A stretch of 64,000 bases of DNA. It comes from Planctomycetota bacterium. Its GTDB lineage: Bacteria > Planctomycetota > UBA1135 > UBA2386. The translations under genes were made by a program, and so were the position numbers. The stretch's first letter is position 1, and each line of letters starts with the position of its first letter. Under the pieces are notes generated by a model. That model was given only the letters and a program-made list of their open reading frames with translations, was not told where the DNA came from and made no database searches. Positions 1-8,306 of this stretch are shown piece after piece. The stretch covers positions 5,248,001 through 5,312,000 of the forward strand of contig OZ245006.1 in the NCBI GenBank assembly GCA_965223545.1, given 5' to 3'.

Positions 1-1
1 C

Positions 2-259
2 GTGATCGACGCCTTGCTGCGGTTGGCAACAGCGCGCACGACGCTGATCGTCACCCACGACTACGAGCTCGCGCGGCGGGCCGATCGGGTGGTGGTGTTG
101 GCCGACGGTGGCATCGTCGAGCAGGGGCCGCCGGCCGAGCTCGCCGCGCGCGGCGGCGCGTTCGCGCGGTTGTTCGAGAGTGGCGCCCGCGGCGCCGGGG
201 CGAGGGCAGTGAGACCGTCCAGCGGCGGCGTGGCGCGCGAGCGCGGAGGCGACGAATGA
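2..259 (+). CDS. ABC transporter ATP-binding protein, C-terminal fragment (exporter type), 5'-truncated by window
   Basis: H-loop LIVTHD and IVEQGPPAELAARGGAFARLF tail typical of fused ABC exporters; stop overlaps next start (ATGA). Confidence 0.8.
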   Translation: MIDALLRLATARTTLIVTHDYELARRADRVVVLADGGIVEQGPPAELAARGGAFARLFESGARGAGARAVRPSSGGVARERGGDE

Positions 260-2028
260 AGATCGTGTTGGTCTGGCGGCGGACGGGTGCGGCGGAGCCC
301 GCGGCGGCCGTGGGAGAGCGGCTGTGTGCGCACTTCGAGCCGGTGCTCGCCGAGCGTCCGGCGCTGCGGCACTGGTCGGTGGGGGCTACCGAGGTGGTGT
401 TGGCGCAGCTGCCGGTGCCGACTTGGCGGCGGGCGTTCTGCGACGAAGACGGCGAGCGCTTCGCGGTCGCGCCGGACTACCCGCTCAACCTCGAGGCGGC
501 GGGCGTGCTGGATCATCGCTGCGAGCGCGCGCCGTTGCTGCAGCTGGCGGATCGGCTGGCGCGGGATCCCGAGCCCGTCCTCGCCGAGCTGGCGCCGCCG
601 TTCTCGTGTGTCTGGAACGAGCCCGAGACCGGGGGCTTGCGCCTGCAGGTCGACGGCCTGGGGCAGTCCAACTGGTTCGAGCATCGCGGTGAGCACGTAT
701 GGGCGGTGACCAATCGGATCGGCGCGCTGCGCGCGCTCGGCGTGGAGCTGCGGCCGGTCGCCGAGGAGTGGGCGACGCGGTTCGCGCTGGGCTGGTTTCC
801 GGCGGACCAATCCGGCTACGCGGGGGTGCGTGTGGTGGCGCCGGGCACCCAGATCTGCGCGGACCGCGACGGCGTGCGGCATCGCCGGCTCGACGTGCTG
901 TCCGGCTGGGTCCATCCGGACCCAGCCATCGCCGCGGATCATCTCGAGGCCGGCCGGCGTTCGATCGTCGAGCTGCTGGCGGAAGTCGCGCCGCTGTGGG
1001 AGCGGGCGACCGTCGGCCTGTCCGGCGGCCGCGACAGCCGCGCGGTGACCGCGGTGCTGCGCTCACTCGAGGCGCGCTTCGACTTGCGGGTGCGCGGGCA
1101 TCCCGAGCGGTTGGACGTGATCATCGCCCAGCGCCTGGCCGAGATCGCCGGGTTGCCGATTCGGGTCAGCAGCACGAGTGCGCTGCCGCCCGACAGTGCG
1201 GATGGCTGTCGGAGCAGCGTGGAGTCCGCGCTGGTGTGGCAAGACGGCTACATGACCGCGCTCAAGCACAAGACCTTCCTCGCCAAGGGCAAGCTGCTCG
1301 ATGGCGGAGTGGTCAACGTCATGGGGCAGCACGCGGGCATCGGCAAGGGCGACTTCGCCGCGCAGATCCGCGCCGATCAGCTGCCGCCCGAGGCCTACGA
1401 GGACGCGCTGGTCGCCTCGCTGTTGCGCGGCGTGCCGGCGATGTTCCAGCCACACGTGCTGGCGGCGGTCGAGGAGAGGGTGCGCCACGCCTATCGCCAG
1501 GCTGCGCAGTTCGGTGTCGACGAGGGCCTACACCGTCTGCACTTCTTCTTCCTCTACGAGTACACGCGGCGCTGGGGCGCGGCGACCGTGGGCTCGCAGA
1601 CCGGGCTGGTGATCGCGCCGTTCTTGAACCCCGGGTTCATTCGCGCCGCCTACGCCGCGCCGCCCGAGTCGATCACCGCGCGGCCGTTCCACGGCCACAT
1701 CACGGCGCACCACGCGCCCGACTGGGTCGGCGAGCCGATCGAGAGCGAAGTGCCGCCGGAAGACGTCAAGGCCGGCAAGTATCCGCCGCGCGGGCCGATC
1801 CCCGACGAGCTGAACCACCGACCCCGCTGGCACACGCGCGGCGGCTGGCGCAAGTACGACCACGTGCGCTACTGGCGCGCGGTGGGGGCCCCGCTGGTCG
1901 AGGAGGCGCTGGACGAGCAGGGCTGGTGGACCGAGATCTTCGATCCGAACGCGGTCGCGGCGGCGTGGCAGAAGAAGAAGGGGGTCGCCGACGCGGCGGT
2001 CATCGCGCACCGGGTCGGGCGGCGATGA
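256..2028 (+). CDS. Asparagine synthetase-like ATP-dependent amide ligase (no N-terminal catalytic Cys)
   Basis: PP-loop GLSGGRDSR, APFLNP motif near C-terminus, degenerate Ntn-like N-half; starts MKIVLV rather than MC. Confidence 0.7.
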   Translation: MKIVLVWRRTGAAEPAAAVGERLCAHFEPVLAERPALRHWSVGATEVVLAQLPVPTWRRAFCDEDGERFAVAPDYPLNLEAAGVLDHRCERAPLLQLADRLARDPEPVLAELAPPFSCVWNEPETGGLRLQVDGLGQSNWFEHRGEHVWAVTNRIGALRALGVELRPVAEEWATRFALGWFPADQSGYAGVRVVAPGTQICADRDGVRHRRLDVLSGWVHPDPAIAADHLEAGRRSIVELLAEVAPLWERATVGLSGGRDSRAVTAVLRSLEARFDLRVRGHPERLDVIIAQRLAEIAGLPIRVSSTSALPPDSADGCRSSVESALVWQDGYMTALKHKTFLAKGKLLDGGVVNVMGQHAGIGKGDFAAQIRADQLPPEAYEDALVASLLRGVPAMFQPHVLAAVEERVRHAYRQAAQFGVDEGLHRLHFFFLYEYTRRWGAATVGSQTGLVIAPFLNPGFIRAAYAAPPESITARPFHGHITAHHAPDWVGEPIESEVPPEDVKAGKYPPRGPIPDELNHRPRWHTRGGWRKYDHVRYWRAVGAPLVEEALDEQGWWTEIFDPNAVAAAWQKKKGVADAAVIAHRVGRR

Positions 2029-3158
2029 TCGAGCCCCGCGGCTTTCTGCGGCAGGCGCGCGAGGCGGGCTTCGACTTCGCGACCGGCGTGCCCTGCTCGA
2101 TCCTGACCGGCTTGATCAATGCGGCTCTCGGCGAGGCCTCGTTTCGCTACGTCGGCGCCGCCAACGAAGGCGATGCCGTCGCGATCGCCGCCGGTGCCGA
2201 GCTCGGCGGGCGGCGGGCGATCGTGCTGTCGCAGAACTCGGGGTTCGGCAACGCGGTCAACCCGCTCACCTCGCTGTCGATCCCGTTCGCGATTCCGTGC
2301 CTGTTCGTCACCACCTGGCGCGGCGAGCCCGACGGCGCGCCGGACGAGCCGCAACACGAGGTCATGGGCCGGATGACGCCGGCGCTGTTCACGCAGATGG
2401 GGCTGCCGTTCGAGATCTGCAGCGGCGATGCCTCGGAGTTGTCGGCGATGTTCGCACGCGCGCTCGCGCACATGCAGCAGCACGGAACGCCGTACGGGCT
2501 GATCGTGCGCCGCGGCAGCTTCGCCAAGGAGGCGCTCGACGAGACCGCACCGATGAGGCCCCCGACGTTGCGACCCGAGCCGATGCCGGCCACCTGGAGG
2601 CCGCAGTCCGTCGATGACGTGCTCGCTCGCGTTCGCGCCGCCGCCGGCTCGGGGGACGTGCTGCTGGCGACGACTGGCTTCACCGGCAGGGCGCTCTACG
2701 CGCTCGGCGATCGCGCAAGCCAGCTCTACATGGTCGGCTCGATGGGATGTGTCTCGAGCCTCGGGCTCGGCCTGGCGGTGGCCTGCCCCGAGCGCCGGGT
2801 CGTCGTGCTCGACGGCGATGGGGCTGCCCTGCTGCGGTTGGGCGCCCTCGCCACGATCGGCTACGAACGGCCGCCGAATCTGACGCACGTCCTGCTCGAC
2901 AACGGCGTGCACGACTCCACCGGCGGCCAGCAGACGGTGATGCGCTCGGTCGACATCGGCGCGGTCGCTGCCGCATGTGGCTACCCGGAGGTGCACCGCG
3001 CGGTCGAGCTGGATGCAGTTGGGGATGCGGTCGCGGGTGCGCGGCAGCTGACGTTCGTCCACGTGCGCACCGCGCCGCGCGGCGGGCGCGGACTGCCGCG
3101 GCCGGAGATCGCGCCGCGGGAAGTGGCGCGCCGGCTGCGCGGGTGGTTGGCGGGGTAG
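2025..3158 (+). CDS. aepY: Phosphonopyruvate decarboxylase (ThDP-dependent) homologue
   Basis: GVPCS, ANEGDAVA, QNSGFGNAVNPLTSL, WRGEP..DEPQH, YMVGSMG, ThDP motif GDGA..N, DSTGGQ; ATG 2025 overlaps the upstream stop. Confidence 0.92.
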   Translation: MIEPRGFLRQAREAGFDFATGVPCSILTGLINAALGEASFRYVGAANEGDAVAIAAGAELGGRRAIVLSQNSGFGNAVNPLTSLSIPFAIPCLFVTTWRGEPDGAPDEPQHEVMGRMTPALFTQMGLPFEICSGDASELSAMFARALAHMQQHGTPYGLIVRRGSFAKEALDETAPMRPPTLRPEPMPATWRPQSVDDVLARVRAAAGSGDVLLATTGFTGRALYALGDRASQLYMVGSMGCVSSLGLGLAVACPERRVVVLDGDGAALLRLGALATIGYERPPNLTHVLLDNGVHDSTGGQQTVMRSVDIGAVAAACGYPEVHRAVELDAVGDAVAGARQLTFVHVRTAPRGGRGLPRPEIAPREVARRLRGWLAG

Positions 3159-3184
3159 CGAGAAAATCGAGTCAGACTCGGTAC
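3157..3184 (-). repeat. REP-like element (GTAC + hairpin), degenerate copy between convergent genes
   Basis: Reverse complement gtaccgagtctgactcgattttctcgct resembles 43257-43284 gtacggagtccggctcgattctctcgct. Confidence 0.6.
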
Positions 3185-4293
3185 TACCCGCGCATGGTGT
3201 GGAGTGCGTCGGCGATGGCGGCGAGCAAGCGGCGGACGTCTTGTTGGTCGAGGGCGCCGATCGTGCCGATGCGGAACGAGGGTTCCTTGGAGAGGACTCC
3301 CGGGTAGATGAGCAGTCCTCGGGCCGAGAGGAGTTCGTACAGGGCGGCGAACGAGAACTTCTCGTCGGGGAGGTTGCGGAAGGCGGTGATGACGGGACTC
3401 TGATGGTCGCGGGCGACCAGCTCGTCGAAGCCGAGAGCGCGCATTCCGTCCCGCAACAGTTCTTGGTTGGCTCGGTAGCGGGCGCCTCGGGCGGCGACGC
3501 CGCCCTCGGCTTCGAGCTCGTCGAGGGCTGCCGCGAACGCGAGGATCGCGTGCGTCGGCGGCGTGAAGCGGAACTGGCCGTTGCGCTGCAGGCCCTGCCA
3601 CTGCGCGTGTAGGTCGAGGGTCAAGCTGCGCGGCGCGCGTTCTGCCGAGCGCAGCGCGTCGCGGCGAAAGACGACGAGGGCGAAGCCCGGCACGCCCTGG
3701 ATGCACTTGTTGGACGACGCGATCAGGTAGTCGATGCGATCGCGATCGACGTCGATGGGGACCGCGCCGAACGAGCTCATCGCGTCGACGATGAGGCCGA
3801 CGCCGTGCGTGGCGGCGACCTCGGCGACCTCGGCCAGCGGGTTGAGGATGCCGGTCGTGGTCTCGCAGTGGACCAGGGCGATGTGGCTGCAATCCGGCGA
3901 CGCCGCCAACCGGCGGGCGACGACATCGGGCGCCACCGGCTCGGTCTCGGGCCATTCCTCGATGGCAGTGTCGACGCCGTGGATGCGGGCAATCTCGGCG
4001 AGGCGCCGGCCGTAGACGCCGTTGGCCAACACCAGCAGCCGCGCACCCTCGGGAAGTCCGCTACAGCAGACCGCCTCGACGCCGAACGTGCCGCTGCCCT
4101 GCACCAGCACCGCGTCGTGGGCATCGCCGCCGCCGGCGAGCCGCACCAGGCGGCGCCGGACTCCGGCGACGAGATCGATGAACTCGCGATCCCGGGAGCC
4201 GACGTCGCGCAGCATCGCGCGCTTGACGGTGCCACTCGTCGTCAGCGGGCCGGGGGTGAAGAGCAGCTTGTCGGGCTCGGGTTCGGTGGTCAC
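3184..4293 (-). CDS. phnW: 2-aminoethylphosphonate:pyruvate transaminase (PhnW/AepZ family, PLP)
   Basis: LLFTPGPLTTS, HCETTTGILNP, DAMSSFG, SSNKCIQGVPG (PLP Lys), QFRFTPPTH; GTG start at 4293 with AAGAGG RBS. Confidence 0.92.
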   Translation of the reverse strand: MTTEPEPDKLLFTPGPLTTSGTVKRAMLRDVGSRDREFIDLVAGVRRRLVRLAGGGDAHDAVLVQGSGTFGVEAVCCSGLPEGARLLVLANGVYGRRLAEIARIHGVDTAIEEWPETEPVAPDVVARRLAASPDCSHIALVHCETTTGILNPLAEVAEVAATHGVGLIVDAMSSFGAVPIDVDRDRIDYLIASSNKCIQGVPGFALVVFRRDALRSAERAPRSLTLDLHAQWQGLQRNGQFRFTPPTHAILAFAAALDELEAEGGVAARGARYRANQELLRDGMRALGFDELVARDHQSPVITAFRNLPDEKFSFAALYELLSARGLLIYPGVLSKEPSFRIGTIGALDQQDVRRLLAAIADALHTMRG

Positions 4294-4409
4294 GGTACGC
4301 CTCTTGATCGGACCGACAGCTGCAACTCGTGGTCCGCTATGTTGGCACGCGCGGCGGCGTCCGTCTTCCGGGCCCGGTGGGCTGCGCGGCACGCACCGGG
4401 AGCAACACC

Positions 4410-4790
4410 ATGAACAACCGACTGCACATCGCCCTCAACGTTCGTGATCTGGAGACTTCGACCGCCTTCTACGAGGCCGTGTTCGCGCTGGCGCCCGACA
4501 AGGTCCGTGATGGCTACGCGCGCTTTACTCTCGATGATCCACCCCTGGTGCTGGCGCTCAACGCGAAAGACGAGGTCCGCGACGGCAATCGCGTCGGCCA
4601 CCTAGGGGTGCGCCTCGGTGCCGATGGCGATCTTTCGGTCATGCGCAGTCGCTTGGCGGCCCGCGACCTGATCCACAAGGAGCAGACCCGCACCAAGTGC
4701 TGCCACTCGGTGCAGAACAAGCTCTGGGTGGTGGATCCGGACGGCAACTACTGGGAATTCTACGAACTGGTTGCCGACCACGTGTCGTAG
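4410..4790 (+). CDS. arsI: ArsI/CadI family VOC metalloenzyme (putative organoarsenical C-As lyase)
   Basis: RLHIALNV..S.AFY, GHLG, vicinal CC (TKCCHSVQNKLWVVDPDGNYWEFY). Confidence 0.85.
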   Translation: MNNRLHIALNVRDLETSTAFYEAVFALAPDKVRDGYARFTLDDPPLVLALNAKDEVRDGNRVGHLGVRLGADGDLSVMRSRLAARDLIHKEQTRTKCCHSVQNKLWVVDPDGNYWEFYELVADHVS

Positions 4791-4924
4791 CACCGTGGTT
4801 CGCCGTGGCCTTGGTTCCGAGGCCCCGCGTTTGAGAACGCTACGGCCGCGTCCGGCGTCCGGACGCGCCCGGGTCCCGCCGCGGCCGAGTTCCCGTGGCA
4901 TGTGGGTTGCCGCGTGGTGCTGCG

Positions 4925-5743
4925 ATGAGATACGTGTTCCTGGCCGTTGCCGCGCTCGCCCTGGCGGCGATCTCGTCGGTCTCGTTCGGTGCCGAGAAGC
5001 GCTTCTTGGTCACCGGCTCGAGCACGGTGGCGCCGATCCTGCAGGCAGTGGCCGACCGCCTGGCCGAGGCGCAGCCCGCGCTTCTGCTCGACGTGCAGAC
5101 CGGGGGCAGCAGCCGCGGGATTCGCGACGTCCGCGATGGTCTGAGCGACGGCGGGATGGCGTCGCGTGACCTGGACCCGGAAGAGGCGGTGGGCATCCAG
5201 GTCCGGCCGGTCGCCTACGACGGCATCGCCCTGATCGCGCACCGGGACAACCCCGTGCGTGGCCTGACGACCGAGCAAGTGCGGCAGCTGTTCACCGGCG
5301 CTGCGCAGAGCTGGGCTGTGGTCGGCGGTGCGGACTCTCCGGTCCACGTCGTGAGCAAGGCCGAGGGCCGTGCGACGCTGGCGGTGTTCTTGGACTATTT
5401 CGACCTCGACAGCCGGGCGGTGGACGCCGACGCGGTCGTCGGCGACAACGCGCAAGGCGTGCGTCTGGTCGCCGGCAACCCGGACGCGTTGGGCTACGTC
5501 AGCGTGGGCGAGGCGCTGACCGCCGTCACCATGGGCGAGCCGATTCGGCTGCTGGAGCTCGACGGCGTCGCGCCGACTCTGGAGTCGGTCGCCAGCGGGA
5601 GCTACTCGGTGCGGCGCACGCTCTACGTGCTGTTCCCGCCGGAGTCGCCGATCGCCGATCGCATCTGCGGCTTCCTGGCCGGTGCGGAGGGTGCGCGCCT
5701 GATCGAGTCGCTGTCCTTCGTGCCCTGCGCGAAGCCCGAGTGA
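4925..5743 (+). CDS. pstS: PstS-like phosphate/oxyanion ABC substrate-binding protein
   Basis: Signal peptide, GSSTVAP, GGSSRGI, MASR, AYDGIA, ALGYVS. Confidence 0.85.
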   Translation: MRYVFLAVAALALAAISSVSFGAEKRFLVTGSSTVAPILQAVADRLAEAQPALLLDVQTGGSSRGIRDVRDGLSDGGMASRDLDPEEAVGIQVRPVAYDGIALIAHRDNPVRGLTTEQVRQLFTGAAQSWAVVGGADSPVHVVSKAEGRATLAVFLDYFDLDSRAVDADAVVGDNAQGVRLVAGNPDALGYVSVGEALTAVTMGEPIRLLELDGVAPTLESVASGSYSVRRTLYVLFPPESPIADRICGFLAGAEGARLIESLSFVPCAKPE

Positions 5744-5767
5744 AGGCGAGGAATTGGGCGTACTATC

Positions 5768-6619
5768 ATGGCTCAGCTGACCGTGCTGCACCGCGCCGGC
5801 GGCGAGCCGCGCACCGGCTGGGCCGCGATCGGCGGGCTGGGACTGCTCGCAGCTTGTGCGCTGCCGGCGGTGGTGGTCTTCCTGGCCGCCGTCGGTTGGG
5901 ACCTGCTGGCCAGCGGCCGCGCCGGCAGTCTGCTCGGAGCGGAGTGGTTTCCCACGCACGGCGCCTTCGGCTTGGCACCGTTGGTCGCCGGCACGTTGTG
6001 CACATCGGTCTTGGCGCTGGCGGTGACGGTGCCGGTCGGGCTCGGCGCCATCATCTACCTGCACTTCTTCGCCGGCCGTCGCGTGCAGCGGCTTGGCGAC
6101 GCCACGCTCGGTGTGCTCGGCGGCACGCCTTCGGTGGTGTTCGGCCTGTTCGGTACCGTCTGGCTGGTGCCGCTGGTCGGGCCGAGCCTGCTCGCCGCGG
6201 TGTTGGTGTTGTCGGTGATGGTGTTGCCGACGTTCGCCCTCTTGGGGCTGGCGGCGTTGCGGCAGGTTCCGCCGACGCTGTTGTCGGCGGGGGCCGCCCT
6301 CGGACTGCGGCGCGAGCAGGTGATTGCGCGGTTGGCGTTGCGCGTCGCGCGCCCTCACCTGGCGGCGGCGGCGACCGTTGCCCTGGCGCGCTGTCTCGGC
6401 GAGGCGTTGGCGGTGGAGATGGTGTGCGGCAACGTGGCGGCGCTGCCGTCGGGGTTGACGGCGCCGGTGCGCACGCTGACCACGACGCTGGTGCAGGAGT
6501 TCGACTACGCGCGTGCCGAGCACAACCAGGCGCTGCACCTCGTCGCGCTGACCGTGGTCTCCCTGGCGGCGATCGCCAGCTTGGCGGCGGTGCGCTGGCA
6601 GGCGCGGAGGATGTCGTGA
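5768..6619 (+). CDS. pstC: PstC-like ABC permease
   Basis: Multi-TM, FGLAPLVAGT, TPSVVFGLFG, ARCLGEALAV, RTLTT. Confidence 0.8.
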   Translation: MAQLTVLHRAGGEPRTGWAAIGGLGLLAACALPAVVVFLAAVGWDLLASGRAGSLLGAEWFPTHGAFGLAPLVAGTLCTSVLALAVTVPVGLGAIIYLHFFAGRRVQRLGDATLGVLGGTPSVVFGLFGTVWLVPLVGPSLLAAVLVLSVMVLPTFALLGLAALRQVPPTLLSAGAALGLRREQVIARLALRVARPHLAAAATVALARCLGEALAVEMVCGNVAALPSGLTAPVRTLTTTLVQEFDYARAEHNQALHLVALTVVSLAAIASLAAVRWQARRMS

Positions 6620-7413
6620 AGTGGCTCGGCGCGGGTTGCCTGGCGTTGGTCGGCCTGCTGTGCGCGGCCATGGTCGTCGACCTGGTGGCCGGCGGTTTCG
6701 GCGAGCTCTCGCTCGACTTCGCCGTCGCCGCCGCGCGCGACAGCGGTCGGGCCGGCGGCATCGGTGCCGTCGTGTTGTCCACCGTCCTGGTTGCGGTGCT
6801 GGCCATCTCGATCGCCGCGCCGCTGGCGCTGGCGGCGGCGGTGTTGTGCGCGGAGGGGTTGCGGCGTCGCCCGCGCGCCGCGCGCTGCTTGCGCGGTGGG
6901 TTCGAGGTGATGGTCAGCGTGCCGTCGGTGGCGATCGGCTTGGTCGGCTGGACCCTGTTCGGGCGCGGCCTGGGGCTGGGGTTCTCGCTGCTCGGCGGGG
7001 CGTTGACGCTGGCGCTGATGCTGGCGCCGGTGATGACGGTGGCCTTCACCGCCGGGCTCGAGCGGGTGCCGACGGCGTTGCGCCGCGCCAGTCTGGCGCT
7101 CGGCGTGTCGCGCTGGGACACGCTGTGGCGGCAGGTCGTTCCGGCGGCGCGGCCGGCCTTGTTGGCGGGCGTCGCGCTGGCGTTGGGACGGGCGACGGCG
7201 GAGACCGCGGCCCTGGTCCTGACCTCCGGAGTGTCCCTGAGAGTGCCGGGTTCGATCCTCGACCCTGGTGCGACGCTCGCGGTCCACGTCTACAACATGG
7301 CGCGCAACGTGCCCGGCGGCGAACCGCGCGCGTACTCCGCGGCGCTGGTCTTGCTGGCCATCAACGTCGCGGTGTTCGCCACGATCTCGCGACTGCAGCA
7401 CGGAGTTCGGTGA
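6616..7413 (+). CDS. pstA: PstA-like ABC permease
   Basis: GGIGAVVLST, VPSVAIGL, ASLALGVSRW, GRATAETAAL, TLAVH; GTGA overlap with pstC. Confidence 0.8.
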   Translation: MKWLGAGCLALVGLLCAAMVVDLVAGGFGELSLDFAVAAARDSGRAGGIGAVVLSTVLVAVLAISIAAPLALAAAVLCAEGLRRRPRAARCLRGGFEVMVSVPSVAIGLVGWTLFGRGLGLGFSLLGGALTLALMLAPVMTVAFTAGLERVPTALRRASLALGVSRWDTLWRQVVPAARPALLAGVALALGRATAETAALVLTSGVSLRVPGSILDPGATLAVHVYNMARNVPGGEPRAYSAALVLLAINVAVFATISRLQHGVR

Positions 7414-8297
7414 TGCTGACGTTCGAACGAGTCTCGGTGGTCGGCTGTGGCGTGCGGATCGTCGACGGCCTCGATCTGGCGCTGCCGGAGCGCGGCACCG
7501 CGGTCATCCTCGGCCCGTCGGGATGTGGCAAGACCACGCTGCTGCGCTGTGCGATTCGCGAGGACGAAGACGATCCCGACCTCAGCTTCTCCGGCGTCGT
7601 CCGGCTGCGCGGCCGCGACGTGCGCGAGCGCGGTCTCTCCGTGCACCACCTGCGCCAGCAGGTCGGGCTGGTGCTGCAGACGCCGGTGGCGTTTCCGGGG
7701 ACCGCGTTCGACAACGTCACCTTCGCCCTGCAGTGCACCACGTCGTTGGCCAAGGCCGAGATCGACGAGCGAGCGGCGCGCGCGCTGGCCGAGGTCGGGC
7801 TCGAGCCCGAGCACCACGCGACGCGGGCGGTCAGCCTGTCCGGAGGCCAGCTGCGGCGGCTGTCGATCGCGCGCACGGTGGCCCTGGACCCCGCCGTGCT
7901 GTTGATGGACGAGCCGTCGGCCGGCCTCGATCCGCTGGCGGTGGCGCGACTCGAGCATTTGGTGCGCACTCTCTCCCGGCGCCGTTTGGTCGTCATCGTC
8001 ACCCACGACGTCGAGCTGGCGCGGCGCATCGCCGACGAAGTCCACTTCCTGTGGCCCTTCCCGGATGGTTGCCGGCTGGTCGAATCCGGCAGCGCGGCGC
8101 AGCTCTTGGATGCGCCGCAGCGGTCCGAGACGCGGCTGTTCATCGACGCGGCGACGCGTGGCGCGGCCGCGCTCGCCGAGCTCGGCGGTCGCATCGAAGA
8201 CTCCGACGCAGAAGAGTGTCTACCGCGCCGCATTCGCTTGAAGGGACCGGTGACCGCGCCGTCGAGCCGGCCCGCTGGTTCCGCCAAACTCCCCTGA
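7413..8297 (+). CDS. pstB: PstB-like ABC ATPase
   Basis: Walker A GPSGCGKTT, LSGGQ, LLMDEPSAGLDP, IVTHD. Confidence 0.82.
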   Translation: MLTFERVSVVGCGVRIVDGLDLALPERGTAVILGPSGCGKTTLLRCAIREDEDDPDLSFSGVVRLRGRDVRERGLSVHHLRQQVGLVLQTPVAFPGTAFDNVTFALQCTTSLAKAEIDERAARALAEVGLEPEHHATRAVSLSGGQLRRLSIARTVALDPAVLLMDEPSAGLDPLAVARLEHLVRTLSRRRLVVIVTHDVELARRIADEVHFLWPFPDGCRLVESGSAAQLLDAPQRSETRLFIDAATRGAAALAELGGRIEDSDAEECLPRRIRLKGPVTAPSSRPAGSAKLP

Positions 8298-8306
8298 CCG
8301 ATCACC

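Noticed and set aside
699..2024. 819-aa ORF 699..3158 as a long Ppd fusion
   Set aside because: The N-terminal part is an Arg/Gly-rich alternate frame overlapping the ligase gene; Ppd homology begins at ATG 2025.
4294..4409. TGGCAC sigma54-like site or Pho/ArsR box between phnW and arsI
   Set aside because: No TTGC at the -12 spacing, and no convincing direct or inverted operator repeat.
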